From Oculina patagonica (taxonomy: Eukaryota): 64,000 nt of DNA. The stretch spans positions 23,622,001-23,686,000 of the forward strand of contig NC_135758.1 in NCBI RefSeq assembly GCF_052425735.1, written 5' to 3'. The position numbers and the translations under genes are program-made. Shown here piece after piece: positions 13,401 to 28,400 of the stretch (the stretch's first letter is position 1; each line of letters starts with the position of its first letter). The notes below the pieces were generated by a model. It saw nothing but the letters and a program-made list of their open reading frames with translations. It was not told the DNA's origin and made no database searches.

Positions 13401-16400
13401 TACCAAACAAACAATGTGTTCCACGCCATGTTTGGCCCTTTGGCGACAAGGCGGAAGAAGGCCTTCAAAGGGTCTAATGATTACATGACTCGTTAATCTT
13501 TACAGCGACTACCAGAAATGCAAAGATCGCCAGACCGGTTAAAATTCGTAATGATTTCAACTTTGAGGTCCTCGACCTTAATGTACCCTTGTGGGGCTTT
13601 TAATGCTCGTTTTAGTTTCTTTAAGTTGTATTGGGAAACTCAGCCGGAGGACAGCTGTGGCCTGTTTTTAGACGTTCGACACGACAGCTGTGGAGAGCCT
13701 GCATAAACAGCAATTTATTTAACATGCAGGTTGACTAAGTGATTTGAATAGTTCCCCTTCTTCCATGATGTATTGTTTGTTTTTAGATGTTTGATTAAAA
13801 GAGATTTTCATTTTGTCAGTTTTTGAATCTGAGCGGCGTTCAAGGTAGTGAAAAGGATCGACCTGCACTTTTACCGTTTGAGGAAGTTTAAGTCGTCGCG
13901 TGCCAATCAACGGAAACTAAAAGCGCTAATGGCATACAGGAGTGCCCAAGCTGTCTCACTCCCGTGATCCTTTGGGGCACTCGCATTGGCAGGCGACACC
14001 AGACATCGAAACACTCATCACTTGGTAGATAATGGATTAACAGTCAACAACGATGCTAGATCAAACTTAAAACATGGCAAATAACTGCAGTGGAGAGTTG
14101 ACGTTTCCTGAATCAGTTATTCTGGCTTTGCTGTACAGCATCATCGCCCTACCAGCCATCGTTGGAAATGCTGTTTTTCTTTGGGTTATTTACAAATCTC
14201 GCACTGTCAGAACGTTTTCTAACCTGCTATTGAGCTCGCTAGCATTGGCTGATCTTCTAGTAGGGCTGATTATCGATCCAATGTGGGTCGTACGGTGTGT
14301 TTTGAAACCTCTCCCGTACAGCCACCCGTTTAAAATAGCCATTGACGCGCTATGGATTCAAACGTGTGTGACAACGACTTTTAGCTTGTGCGTGGTGAGC
14401 TTGGATAGATACATCGCAATACGTTTTGCTTTGCTATACAACCAGATAGTTACAGGAAAAAGGTGTTACACCGCGGGGGCATTAGTATGGATTGCATCCT
14501 TTTCGTTTGGATTCTCGCGGATTATGGTTACAAACCCCGCCAACCTGCCTAAACTCTGGATGTGTGTGACGGTTTTAACAATTCTTTTCCCGATGATACT
14601 CATCAGTTTCTGCTACTCTCGCATCTCGGTGGTCGCGAGGGAACAATGCAAAACAATTGCAAGGCAAAACGTTCACGTGAAGCTAGTAAGCGAAGGACTT
14701 CGAAACCGAAAAGCCGCTAAGACGGTGGGTTTCGTTGTAGTGCTGTTTTTAATCTCATGGTTCCCTAGCTTAACGACATCGTTTATCCATTTGACAACCA
14801 GCGACAATTGCAGAAATATGCGTTTGGTTTGGCTTTGGGTCGAGCTAATAGCGTTCTTATCATCTGGAATCAATCCGTGGTTATATTCACTACGAAACAG
14901 AGATTTCAGACAGGAAGTGAATCGCGTTTTTCGAATCAGATGCTTCGTAACCCAGCGAATATCTCTTAATCTAAGGCTGAAAACAAATACAAATGAAAAG
15001 CAGCCACAAAGCATATAAAAATTTACATTTTGTATACTTTATCCAATACGTTAACTCCTTAATGTTCAGTGCACAGACATAACAATAAACAATTTTAGAG
15101 CAACAAATATATATATATATAAAAAAAAAAGTTGGAAGAAAGTAATATAAATTAGTGCGTTGTTTTTCGCTTTTCAAGTTTCCTTTAGTTTAATTTTAAA
15201 ATAAAAATTAATTAGAAACGTCAATGGCGATTGATATGCCATACTTCAGTGCGCCAAAATTACCATCTAAATTAAGAGGTTTCTATTGCCTTAATAAAAC
15301 CATATCTTTTTTTTTGTTATTCAAATGAATGAGTAGTTTTCAGTGGAATTGCTAAAAGCATTCTCTAATACTGCTAAAATAAGAACTTGTTGAAGGCGTT
15401 TTCGGTCGTTCGTTGGCAAATTTCCATGACAAGTAAAGCTCTTAGTATCAGCGCTCGAAATCGGGAAACAAAGAAAGCATTTCTTAACCTTAGAAAATTA
15501 GTTTGTAGCACTTAGTAGAGGCAGTTATTCCACAAAGTGATTTTGCCGTGAAGTACAACATCTGGCAGCAGCATAATTACCCTCCGAGGTGCGTGCACTT
15601 CCTGTTATTCGAATTCAAGCTATCAGTTCATTTGTCGTACATATTGTAAATTTAAAGTGCTCTCTGAAATAAAATAAAATCCCTTGGAAAAGCATACGTT
15701 TTATTTCACCCCCGCTTAAAGGGACACTGTCACGGGGATTTTAATGCCTTTCAGTAAAAAATACTAAATTTGGCGAATAGCCTTCTCGTACACGAAATGC
15801 ACCTAGTACATCAAGATGAAGATATGAAGAAAATTGTTGTTGAAGGAAGAAGGGAGCCATGATAATTTTTAGGTGTTTTTTCAGTCCACAAGGACAAAAC
15901 TTGAAAAAATCAGCCTGATTTTTTCAAGTTGAAATCTAAAGTTCCTGATGGCATCACATAAATACATCTTGTTTATCGCTTTAGTACACTTGCAGGGTGA
16001 TTTTTAACAAAATTGGACCACTATTCGTAGTTTCCATATGTTTTTAGGCTCTTGAGTTTTTGAAGTGAAACTGGTGACAGTGTCCGTTTAAAAGTGAGAA
16101 AAAGCTGCGTTTTACGTTTGACAAAACACTCTCTCGTCTTGCTGCCACATAATTATACTTGAACTCACTCAAGTTAAACTCCAAAGCACCGCAGATGTAC
16201 ACGTCTTAGATTTAAGTGAGCTAAGAATTAAAAACTTCTCTTGTATAGGTTTACAGTACGTCCCCTTTCATCGCCACTTCAAACAGAACAAATATTTGTC
16301 AGAACATTCTCTTTATAGATATGGATTCAAGCTATCGTAGTTAATTTGACGTACAGGTTTTTAAATTAAGGTTAACTCTGAAGCAAAAAAAAAACTTATC

Positions 16401-19400
16401 TTTTCATTCCCACTTTAATTCAATTCGATTTATAGCTGCGTTCTACGTTTGACAAAACATTTTCTCATCTTGCCGCCACATAATTACACTCGAACACACT
16501 CAAGTTAAACTCAAAAAGCACCGGTGAAATAAAAACTTCTCTCATTTAGGTATACGTCCCCTTTCAGCCGCCACTTCAAACAGTTCAAATAATTGTGTTA
16601 TAAGTTTGCCAGAACATTTTCTTTAAGTGTTGACTAACAACAGTGCAACAGACGAACCCGATTAAGAATTCATCCCTGATTCAAAGCCACCGGAACAAAA
16701 AAATCATTAACCTTGACTACGGACAAAACAAAAATTAATTGGGAACGACAGTTATCTTGCCTGCATTGGATTAGCATTCAAGAAATTACATTAGCCGTCT
16801 TTACCTTTGAAGAATAAGTCCAAGGCGAATAAATTATTTATCATTTGAAGCAATTTTTGTCTTCCTTTTCATTGGAGGATAGCCCAACACCTGATCTGCA
16901 AATAACTGCCTACAAATAATGGTCTGCTTATGCGCAGTAGCGTCTGACAGTGACTTTGCTGCAAATAATAAACTGCGTTTGCGTAATTATGTCCACTTCT
17001 GTGAAAAATGGCAGTTTGTTTTTCCAGAGTTGACGGTAAGGGGTCGGAAAGCGATCTACAATAGCGAAGCGCGCGATATTTAAAAATAGAATGCAAATGA
17101 TTATATCCTTTACGAGGCTCAGAAACATCAGCGTGTTCTGAGTATTAAATAGAGTAAAATAAAATCGTCTCATAAGAGTGTTAAAGGAACACCGGCTGTG
17201 TTCGAAAGTGTTTAAGGAAAATCGTCCGCCATTTTGGTTTGTTTGTCAGAGTCTTGTCTCAGTCATGACGTCACTCACGCACTCGCTATTCTTACTACAC
17301 CAAAACCAAACTCTGTGATCGAATGATAAAACAATTGTTGAACTCGGTTTTCGCAAAATATCGTGATATTGCAGTGACTCGCAGGTCAATTATTTGCCTC
17401 AGCGTTCGGCTTCGGCAAATAATTGATCTTCTCGCCACTGACAAATCAAGATATTATGCTTAACCTCATGCAATAATTGTTAATTATTTTGTCTGGTTGT
17501 GCGTGCTGTATTTATTTTTACGAATTCAGTAGGGGGAATAACTGCCGGTTTTGGCAAATCTTCGTTGAAGCACTCGAAGAATTTCCGAATTATTTCATCC
17601 AATCAAAAACTAACGCGAGCGCTCACGAGTACTTCGAAACCAATCGCCCGTACAAATACGTCATGTTGCTTTGCATCTTCTGGGATTAAAGGCGCGGGCT
17701 CACTCACTTCCGGGGAGATGTTGTTCCCCCGACTGAGTTTTTCGTCTGATTTGAATAAATTGTTTGTTAAATGCGGCTATTAATAGATAAAGACAGCCAC
17801 AGTAACCCGTATGCACTCTACCCGATCGAGTGTTGTTTGTTACCTACTTGTAAAAGTTGGCTTTGCTGATGATGACCACGTGACATTGTTTGGTTGCCTT
17901 GACGTTGAAGAAAGAAGGTTCTCCAGTAACAACCGCCAACACGCCGACAAACTCACCAGGGAGGGCTGTGTACAGGTGGTACTGTGAAACAAACATAAAC
18001 ACGGCCGAGTTGTTATCAGTTTAATTTTTAAGTAATAAAAATAAATATTAGAAAAAGAATCAGCGAGGAAGGACTAGAAAAGACATGGAAACCATACGAG
18101 ATATCTTATTACATGAAATTTTGGCGACACTTTAATTTAGCGAATTAAGCGCTTTTTCAAAAAATCGCTAAATTTAAATGTCGCTTTATACGGATTTTCA
18201 TGAAATTTTGGAAAATTGAGTGACTTATGTTCCAAAATTTACTAAAAATCGCTAAATCAAAGTGTCGCTAAATACGGATTACGTGTCGCCAAAATTTCAT
18301 GTTATAAGGTAGTTTAAAAATTTGGGATCAATTTAGGTGTCTGGGAAACTGCTCACCTACCCCTCCCCAAACCTAACATTAACCCTTACTTATCGCTTTG
18401 GGCAAAATGTTAGGTTTGGGGAGGGGTAGGTGAGCAGTTTCCCAGAAACCTAAATTGATCCAAAATTTGAATAGATGGATTTTCACTAAATCAGGGAAAA
18501 AGGGTTGTGTGGGAGACAGGTTGCACCTCTGTAAGAATTAGACACACATATGTGAGCAGATTTGGAGCATTGGTTCTATTGTGGAGTGGTTTCTTGATTA
18601 GAAGAGGGTTTTTTGTGGGAAAAGGGATTGTATCGGACATCAATGTTCTTCTGTAATGATTTATCCACAAGGGCAGATTCACTGTAGATGTAAAGGTTAC
18701 AAGGAGCAACTTTTCGTTTGTGTAATGGTCTCATAATCAACAAGTGTTATGTAATGGTGTATTATAAGGAAAGATTTTCTGTAGAAGATAAGCTTATAAG
18801 GGCATCAGTACTCTTTTGTGTAATAACGCGAGGTGGCATTCTTGTGGGGAAAAGGGATGGTATGGGTCATTCGTTCTCTTGCGTGAAAGTCTCTTGAAAC
18901 TATTTCATTGGACTAAATTTTGAGGTTTTCCTACGTTAAAAAAGAACGTGAAAAAGTACCTCTTGGTCATCGCTGAGACTTTTCTGTGTAACTTCCAGAG
19001 AGCTGTTCACAACAAAATACAAACTACAGTCCTGTCAATAAGAAAGCAGTGAAAATTTGTTAGTTTGTACAGCCGATTATCAATCGATATATAATCTCAG
19101 ACATTAAAATTGTATACGAAGATATAGAATCCTTAAGAGTCGTTTTCCTTACCACATCCCCTTGCTTGATAAGAACAGTTCCTGAAGGAATGCTTGCTAT
19201 GGAAAGAATACCTTCTAGCAACGAAGAATCCTGAAAATGAACAATACGAAATTCAATTACAGGAATTTGAACTTGCAGCAATTTTCGATTGAGTGTCAAA
19301 AGTTTGTTTTGGTTTTCCTTTTAGAGATTATAGGAATCTACCTAGACCAAGCCACTTATCTCCGAGTTATTTTCCTGTTGCTGTTAATTCAAGTTTATAT

Positions 19401-22400
19401 TTCTTTGGCTTGTTTAGCTTACGTCATTTCATACATGCACATAACACAACTTTTGCTGTTGTATTTCTCAAGTAATCTATACGCTGGTGTAAACCTTGCC
19501 CCATTCCTTAATAACGTTGTTTTTGATGCATAACAGGCATAAGTACTAGTACTGATCACTAAAATGTCGAAAATGAATAAATGAGGTATTGATCGCTTTT
19601 AAGAGCCACTGAGTTGATGTAATAACACCCATATTGAATCACACCAAATGAAAAACGATCGATCGATGAAAATCGATGATAATCGATGATAGGCGATGAA
19701 AATCGATGACAGTCAATGAAAATCGATGAAATTAAAAGTCACAAAGTTTTCCGTCATCGATTGGTCATCGATTTCCAATATCAATCGATTAATTGGCATC
19801 GATTATTATCGATTATCATCGATTATCGGTTTCATCGATTGGTCAGGCCGGGTAGTATCCACAAGGCATAACATAGTCACATTTCGTACCGGTAAATCAA
19901 GACTTTTGGCAATCTCGCTTGCCGCCGTCTTCATCATCATGTCCTCTTCTTCAGGGTCCATGGTTAGAAACTGTTTTGACAGGTCATCAGTCACAGGGGT
20001 ACACGGGAAGTCAAAGCGTCCCTCCCCCAGGGAAGTAGGGCTGCCTTCCGTGTCACTACCCTCCAGGTCAAATGTAGCCATACGGCCGGGGGAGTCTGGA
20101 AGGGAAGCCACACGTGCCCGGCCCAGTGCTGCGTCAAAATCAGATAGATCTGCAAGCAAGATAAACCGGTTTAAGGACCAGTTTAAAGGACCAGTTATTT
20201 TTCTTTTTCATTCGTTGTTAACTGAGAGCAAGACTTTGACCTGCATCTACTAGCGAAATAAAACATTTTTTATTCTTCACCGTAAAGGTAGATTTCTTTC
20301 CAATTCTAGGGATTGAAGAAGCCAATTAGCTCGATACATGAATGCTGCCCTCCCAAGATAGGATGTTTATCCATCAAAAGCTACAGCCATAACCTTAAGG
20401 TTACTACTAATTTTAGCGATTCTTTCAGAGCAAGATTTAGCGACTATTTAATTTAGCGATTTTCCGAAAATTTTGAGAAGTTAGTGATATCGTGCAAACC
20501 AGTTTTTAATGAACAAATAGCTAAAATGGAAATAAATGTTCAGTAAAAGAACAAACGCACTTGAAATTGAACGAACATTTGTATTGCCAGAAAGAACAAA
20601 GTTACCGGCATCTATTTTTAAAAGAATTTTTCAAGTGGATTATTGCTTATTGTGTTTCCCTTTAGGGTGGGAGGTCGAGGGTAGCCGCTAATTTTGTTAG
20701 GTTGTCCTAGCTAGGAATTCANNNNNNNNNNNNNNNNNNNNNNNNNNNNNNNNNNNNNNNNNNNNNNNNNNNNNNNNNNNNNNNNNNNNNNNNNNNNNNN
20801 NNNNNNNNNNNNNNNNNNNNNNNNNNNNNNNNNNNNNNNNNNNNNNNNNNNNNNNNNNNNNNNNNNNNTACCTCTAGAAGGAGAAAGACACGGTGAGAGT
20901 ATATGCAACAGCAACTGTAAAAAGACAATTTGGAGTATTCACCTGATAGGCTTTCTGGGTCGCCCCCAGTCCCCCACATGGTTTCAAGGGTCGCTGCTGA
21001 CTTGCAGCGTCCAATTTGTTTATCCACTTTTCGCTCGTGCTCAGGCTCCGTGAAACTGACGCTCCGATGTAAAGGTACCTTCTTTACCGGAATAGGTTTA
21101 CTGCTCTCCTTACCCAAGATTCCACGTGGCTCTCCTGCAGTCGCAAATAACACAAAAACATGTATGAATTTTCCTTATTGACTATTATACTCTTCTTTTG
21201 ATGTTAATACTGTTGCAATACGAAAACAGTTATTTTTAAGCGTGCCTTTTTAAATTGATAAGGTTATTGTAGTTTTAATACTTAAAAAACAATCTTTTAG
21301 CTTTTTTACTTCTTTTCGATGAATATTAGGCTTTTTTTAGCTTCTTTGAATTTGATTGTAGATTTTAATTTTTTAACCTGTAAATAGCGCCTTTGGACCT
21401 TTGGGAAAGGGAGCTTTATTAATTGCTTGACAAAGTGAATGTATGAAGGACATATATGTGAACTGCGGGTAAAATTAATGATGAAATGAATGAAATGATC
21501 CTCGCGGTGTGTAAGCAATTGGAGCAATTGCATTTTTTCACTTCATTTTTTTTCACTTCATTTTCAATACCACCCTCGGAGACCCAGGGGCAGTTAGTGG
21601 GGGCGACGGGCAGCTTATCGGGACAACGGGATTTTCGCCCGAAAATCCCGTTGTCCCGATAAGCTGCCCGTCGCCCCCACTAACTGCCCCTGGGTCTCCG
21701 AGGATGTTTCAATACATGTCTGCAAGATAATTTAGTGATACTGTAAGGCGAAATAACATGTTGATGTCGTTACCTTTATTCTCCCCTTTTTCCTTGGGTA
21801 TGCCAATAGCTGAATCAGGCGTTGTAGTTTTACTGCTGTCAGCACTGTTCGTACCAGAGTCGACCACCAAAGGACTCTTCTTTGCCGTCTTCTGATTCTC
21901 TGTACCTGCAGAGGCTTCTGTCTTTTTGCCTTTTATTGGGCTTGAGGTTATGCCATAGATTGATGGCCGTCGGCGAGAACCTGGGCTCTAAATACGTACA
22001 CAGAAAAATTTGATTTTACTATTCTTTTTCTGACAACGAATAAGTCAAAATGTCGGAAGAAATCCTTGGTTACGTTGGGTTGCTGTACTGGGCTCTGCGA
22101 TTGGTTAAAAAACGTGCGCCACCGAATCAACCTATCAGATGCAAACTAAACCCAATCGCGACTTTCCCGCGTTTTCCCGCGCTCGGCGCCGGTTACGTAT
22201 TTTGCTTTGTGCTCTCATTGGCTCATTGTGTTGAATGCGTTTATCGTGATTGGTCATTGCAATTTCTTTGGTTTTGACAACCGCTCTAAAGTCTAATACG
22301 CTAACGTAGTTCACAGTAGCAGTGGACTGTTATGCTGCTATTCAGTAACAATTTTATAGTTATGTACACTTACACTCGCAATAAGCTCATAACTGAGTCC

Positions 22401-25400
22401 CAAGAAATTGTGAAGCGCCATAAATGTAACTTGCTGAAGACGAAGCATTATAATCTGCAAAATAAAATAAATTTATCCGGTGAGATCAGTGTCGAGATGG
22501 TCAGCACTCAGGTAAAATATTGCTCCAATGTTCTTATTGCACATCGACAACAAACAACTATTATATAATTGTCCTTCCATGTATCTTTCAGTACTAACAC
22601 TTCCCAAAATTTATTTAAGTTTAAACATATTGTTCTGGCAGCCGCAAATGTGACAAAGTCTCAAGCAAACTAAACAAAATTGTTTCGTAAAAAACAACTT
22701 CACACATTTTTTTCTCTGTCAAATAATATGTTAACCTGGGGTTATTTTTTAAACACAGTACAACAAGGTTTCCCATGAGACAAACCTGAACAACTCTGAC
22801 TAAAGAATCCGGGTGTTGTTCAAATACTGTCTGGAAGGCTTTTCCTGGCAACCTGCAACATAGAGTGCGTGTAAAAATCCTTAGACATTGAAATCTTCAA
22901 AACACGGCAAGTAAGTTAGTTGTGCATAACGTTGCTGGGTGCCAAGGTGTGATAAGGTACTAGTCGAGGTTAAGAAAAAAAATAGAATGTTATACATGTA
23001 CTTTGATGGATATGCGATTGCCAAATGGTCGATGCGCTGGACTCCAGATCGAGCGGTTCAGATTAAGCCCTAGTCGAAGTTATGTGTTGTGTTCTTCAGC
23101 AAGACACTTTACTCTTACAGTGTCTCTCTGCGATGGACTAGCGTCCCATCCGGGGTGGGGGGGGGGGGGGGGGGGGGGGGGGGGGTAGAAATACACCTAT
23201 TCGCTTCATGCTATGGAAACGGAGAAGCTCCGGCCTGATGGGTAACTAGGTTCTATTGCACACTTAATCTTTTTTACTTAACTTATTCGTGTACTTGCCT
23301 GAGGACGTGTGTATCCACAACTGCTCGACAGCATATTTGGGGCAGAGCCATTGGGTGACCCTAAGCATAACATGAACATAAGGACAAAAAAACTAAGTCA
23401 TAAAAATTACCGAAAGAATTCGTAAGTTACAAAAAGGGAAGGTAGCCTCCGGTCCTAAGCAGACGCTCCTTGCGCTCGCCACGCTCGTGGGGAGGTAAAT
23501 TGCGTGACAAGCCAAAAGAAAGTCTGCGTAGGAAGTTAGAACATTTACATAGTGAAAGCTATTTGCCAGGCTGGTAATAACCCCTTTTTTCCTTCTCAGA
23601 CAGGTGGGCACGCGGGACGCGCGGCCGCACGCTTCACACGCGAGTTTCTGTGCTCCTTCCAATAATCTCCTTTTGGAAACTAGTTATACAGTTGAATCCC
23701 GGTAACTCGAACCTTCAAGGGAAATTGAAATTATCGGGGGTTCGAGTTATTAAGGGCAAAAGTAGTAAGAAAATAACCTGGAGGTGAATCGAAAAAGGTT
23801 CGAGTTAACTAGCGGGAGGTTTGAGTTATCGGGATTCAACTGTAAAAGCACGGAGTAATTTAAGTTAAAAAGAATAACAAGGTAAAATATTACTCCGCTA
23901 CAGTTCTGCTTTCCTTGTGCCTGCAATTAACAAACAGCGTGGAAAACTTACCGTGAGAAGGTCCAGTATGGTGAGCACGCTATAAATACTTTCTCCTGTT
24001 GGCACCTCTTTCATACACACCTCACTACCATCCTGTTTACACACAAATGCAATGCAAACAAACATTTAACATCCACAAGAAAAAAATGCAGTTTGAGATT
24101 CAGTGTAACCCTAACAAAATGAACACGTACATATATGTTTATGCACCTCGATATGATAAGCAGTGACTTTATCGGGTAGCAAAAAATTCTGCGGTACATT
24201 TTTATAATTGACACTGAGATTCTCTCTCAAAAGGAGTGCATGCACACCTTTGTCTTAAAGCATTGTCGCTTTTGGGGACAATTTTTATGCGCTTCCGTTA
24301 AAGTTGCGTTTATAACGAAGATCAGAACATACTACAGTGTAACCCTAAGTGCAAGAGATTTAGTTTTTTGTTGTTGTTGTTGTTGTTTTTTTTTTGCACG
24401 CGCGCGGTTCTGGCCGATCCCGAGGCTTCCCGCCACGCGCTGGAAACCCTCTGGTAGCCAGGGTAGAATACACTGAATGACGAATGAAATGTTTAGTACA
24501 GAGCTTGTCATATAGAGCAGTTTTTACTTGAGTGTCGAAAGTATTACCACGCTTAGTGAATGGTTTAAAAAAGTCCCGCTTAGTGAAGAGTTTAAAAAAC
24601 TCCCGCCATGTTCCCAACCAATCAGAAGTAAAACCAAAACCACCAACTCGCTCGCGCACGTTTTTCCCCGCCTTTGTGCCGGCTACATGTATTTGCTTCA
24701 AGTTTTGAATGGTTCATTGGATTGTCTGTGTCCTTTGTGATTGGTCAGAGTGACTTCTTTGGTCTTGGTTTAATGACACTCATCGAAAATTGCTCTATTG
24801 AGACTCAGCACAGTTGTAAAACTGAGAACATCAAACGAAAAAAGACACTGCACTCAGCACGATTGTTTTGCTACGACATTTACAGTTAAAAACATGTTTT
24901 CGTAGCAGGTCTGTGCACCGTAACTTGCCAATGTTATCATTACATGCATCTAAGAGTGGTTTTCACTTAATTGTCGAAAGCTATTCGCATTTGCGTTGGT
25001 TTTGCATTTTTGAGGTCAGTGGTTAGTTTTAGAAAACTCGCACCAATTCCTGTCGATCCAATCAGGAGTAAAACCAAACCCAATCGTAACTCGATCACAC
25101 ACGTTTCCCAGCATTTCGTCCAGCTACATGTATTTCCTTCGAGTTTTGATTGGTTCAATGGATTGTCTGTGTGTTTGGGATTCGCCAATTATTACACAAT
25201 TTTGGCCAATAATATGGCCAAGTTTAAGGGCATGTTCGTTTGGGAATATTCTGTAATAAGAAAATATTCCGCAGAATAGCCGGAATGTAAATCCAAGTGA
25301 TCCCAAACGAACGCGCCCTAAGTTGGTAAAAACAAACGTATACTGAACGCTCACCTTTTCAACTACAGATACGCAGAGCTTTCCACTCTGGACCACATAG

Positions 25401-28400
25401 ATGCTGTCATCAATCTGAATTTTTTAAAAATATATAATATAATCATATCTGAATTTAAATTATTTCAAAAAGAATTTTCTGAAAAGTGCAGTGAGTGACT
25501 GGCCAAGAGCATGTATTATTTAGTGCGTGCGTAGTCTGGGTTTTAGTCTGGCCACTGTGTCCTTGTGTCCTGTTCCTGGCAAGCAAGATATTTTATTTTC
25601 AAGGTACCTCTCTTGACCCACGAGTTTTGTTTCCAATACATCATTTGAAACGAAGAAAAACAATTTTAAAACAACATTTATTTTTTATTTATTTTATTTT
25701 AAAACAACATGTAAAAACCAGTTTATACCACAGCATAATTATACATTTAAAAAAAATGGGTACTGGTAATTTTTTTTTTTTTTTTTTTTTTTTTGGGGGG
25801 GGGGGGCGGGGAGGGGGGGGATGAGCAAGGTAGTAAACATTCACTAAGGCCTGGCTAGTGAAATTGTAAACCCTGCAGTTACATGTAATCTACAATCCTT
25901 CAACCCACATACATGTGTACATGTCATATCAACAACTAATCACATAATTATACTCTTTATACTTGTAAGACTTACCTGGCCTGGTCTAAACAGAAGAGCA
26001 TTTGCTGGAACAAACTTAGTCTGGATGTATTTGCAAAGCTCAAAGAAAAGAGGCTTCTCAAAATGGCCAAAGACCCTGCAGGACAAAAGGAAAAAGAAAG
26101 ATCTTCTCACAAGACTGCACACTTTCTATAATTAAAGGAAAATAATGGAATTTAATGGAAATAACCAATTAGGTGATGTGTGTGTCTTTAAAGAGAAGAG
26201 AATTCATGCTCTGAGATTGGCACTGAAAAGGACCACGAGAATAGCACTCACCTCACACTCTTCAGCATATACACAACCTCAGGCGGAAGACGAGGCTCAT
26301 TGACATCAACCTAATATAAATAGTAGTATTATTCCTGTTGGGTTAGTGGATTTCATCCATCACTTGCCTCATGAGCAAGTAGCATAATAATTATTGGACT
26401 TTTTTATTGGTAGATTAAGTAAGACCTTTGAGAAAGTTCTTTGCAGGCCACAGAAGCACACAATGGGTCAAAAATGCCCAAAGCAGAAAATCCATTTTCT
26501 TTGCACCCTTATGTGAAGAATGAAAGACTGATAATGCACACAAAAGACATAACGATTTACTACAAACTGAATTCTCCTAATGCCAAATACAGACATCTTA
26601 CCTCAGCCAAGTCAGCTTCAAGGAATGCAGCTGGCGGCTGTTTGAGTTCCCTTCCTGGTTCATTGTCATCAAATCTTAAAAGCCTTGAAAATAGGAAAGA
26701 GAGACTTTATTAGTAACCTGCAAGCAAGATAGTGCCCTACACATGCACTATAATTTACACCTTGCTCTTATCCACTCTTATGTCACATAAATATCAAGAG
26801 TTGGGCATAGCATGTTCGTGTTAAGTTGATAGTAGCCTACACATAGATAACTATAATAGCATTAACACATGATGTCACGGTGGCCATTTTGGTATTCCAA
26901 AACAAAGTAACGGCGGCCATGTTGGTATACCAAGCCAATCCTGTGGGATTTGAAGTCTTTTAATTTATTGGCTGCGGTCACATCTAGGCTACTAACTAAA
27001 GTTAAGGTGATTCCCTAGTATTGCACTGCGCATCCTTTCTGTGCAGAATTTTATGCGTAATTAGCGTGCACACATAAACAAAATGGCGGCTTTTTTTCTA
27101 TGCGGCTTGGCTCACAAGAGAGATAAATCATTGTTTTCTCGTAAATGAATATGGTGACCTATCATTTTTTGCTCTTAGTTTGAGAGTATCGATCAAATTC
27201 TTTCTGTAAAATGAATACAGATCAATTTTTATGGCAGAATAATACATAATCAACGAAAACGTGTACTTTCCCAGTACTCGCAAAGGAATTATTAAGGAAT
27301 TTATGTGGTATATACAAGGTCTTCCTGCTCCTAAACGAATATGGTGAACCCCCTTGTTTTATTTCAAAATTTAACTTCCCTGAAGGTAAACAACAAACCA
27401 GCAAAGTTTGGTTGAAAATCTATGAGCAGTTTTATTTTCCAGGAATTACCTTAAGACGGGGATAACTATAGTTAGCTATTTCAGTAATGTGATCGCTTCT
27501 CTGTTCACTCTAACTATAGTTAGAAAGTTTATGCCTTGGTGATCCAAAACAATACAGACTAATGTGACAATTCTTTTTGCATGTGCAAGATGAACATATA
27601 TGCAAAATGAAGTGAGGGGAAAAGAAAAACAACATGTGAAGAAATTACATATAACCAATGTTAGCAAAAACAAAGCTTGAATTCTTCGGCGTCTAGCATC
27701 CATAAAAAAGTTTTATGTCATTCCATGTTTTTCTACGATGCTGAGATGCCGTACAAAAAGGAAAAAAATGAGGAACAACTAGACACAGCTTTTGCGGGTT
27801 AACTTTTTTTACATTTAAAGGATAAACAACAAGAGCTGTCATGAACTTATTTCAATTTTAAGTTATCCAAAGAGGGCTAATCAGAACTAACTGTAGTTAA
27901 CTTCAATGGTGTGACCCCAAAGTCGAACGAAAGCACTATAACTAGTAACAGTTGGGTATGGCATGCAAATGTGGATAAGCAAGACATGCAAATGTATTCT
28001 TGACATTGCTAAGATGATTTCACTGGTTTTGATTGGTTCATTAAAATTATACATTTTATAACAAATGGGGAGGTAAAAAAATGAACAAGGAAACAAACTT
28101 TTACACTGTATGTAGCCGCTGAACTGTTGACATGTCAAACAGAAGAAAAAACTCTACCTGAATAGCATTTTCAGGGTCAAAAGAAACATTATTTCGTGCA
28201 TGTAAGTATATACATGTACCAAGTTTAAGGCATGCTGACTATCTGGCCATTTACAGTACCACTCAAAAGTAAGTTACAACCCTCTCAGGATACTCTTGTC
28301 GCTTGAGACGAGAATCTCGTCTTGCAAGAGGGTGGTAACTTACAAAAATGTACTTTTGAGAGGTACTGTACATATATATGGCTATACAGCATGCCGCAGT

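Noticed and set aside
14673-15014. 113-aa minus-strand ORF
   Set aside because: Antisense shadow of the GPCR
19726-20253. 175-aa plus-strand ORF
   Set aside because: Reads through a repeat half and the antisense of an NTE exon
20719-20914. ORFs containing X runs
   Set aside because: Artefacts of the N gap
23152-23185. Long poly-G tracts (also ~8650, ~25795, ~57535, ~61087) as functional G-quadruplexes
   Set aside because: Recurrent simple runs, some within SINE-like repeats, of unreliable length; no specific evidence of function
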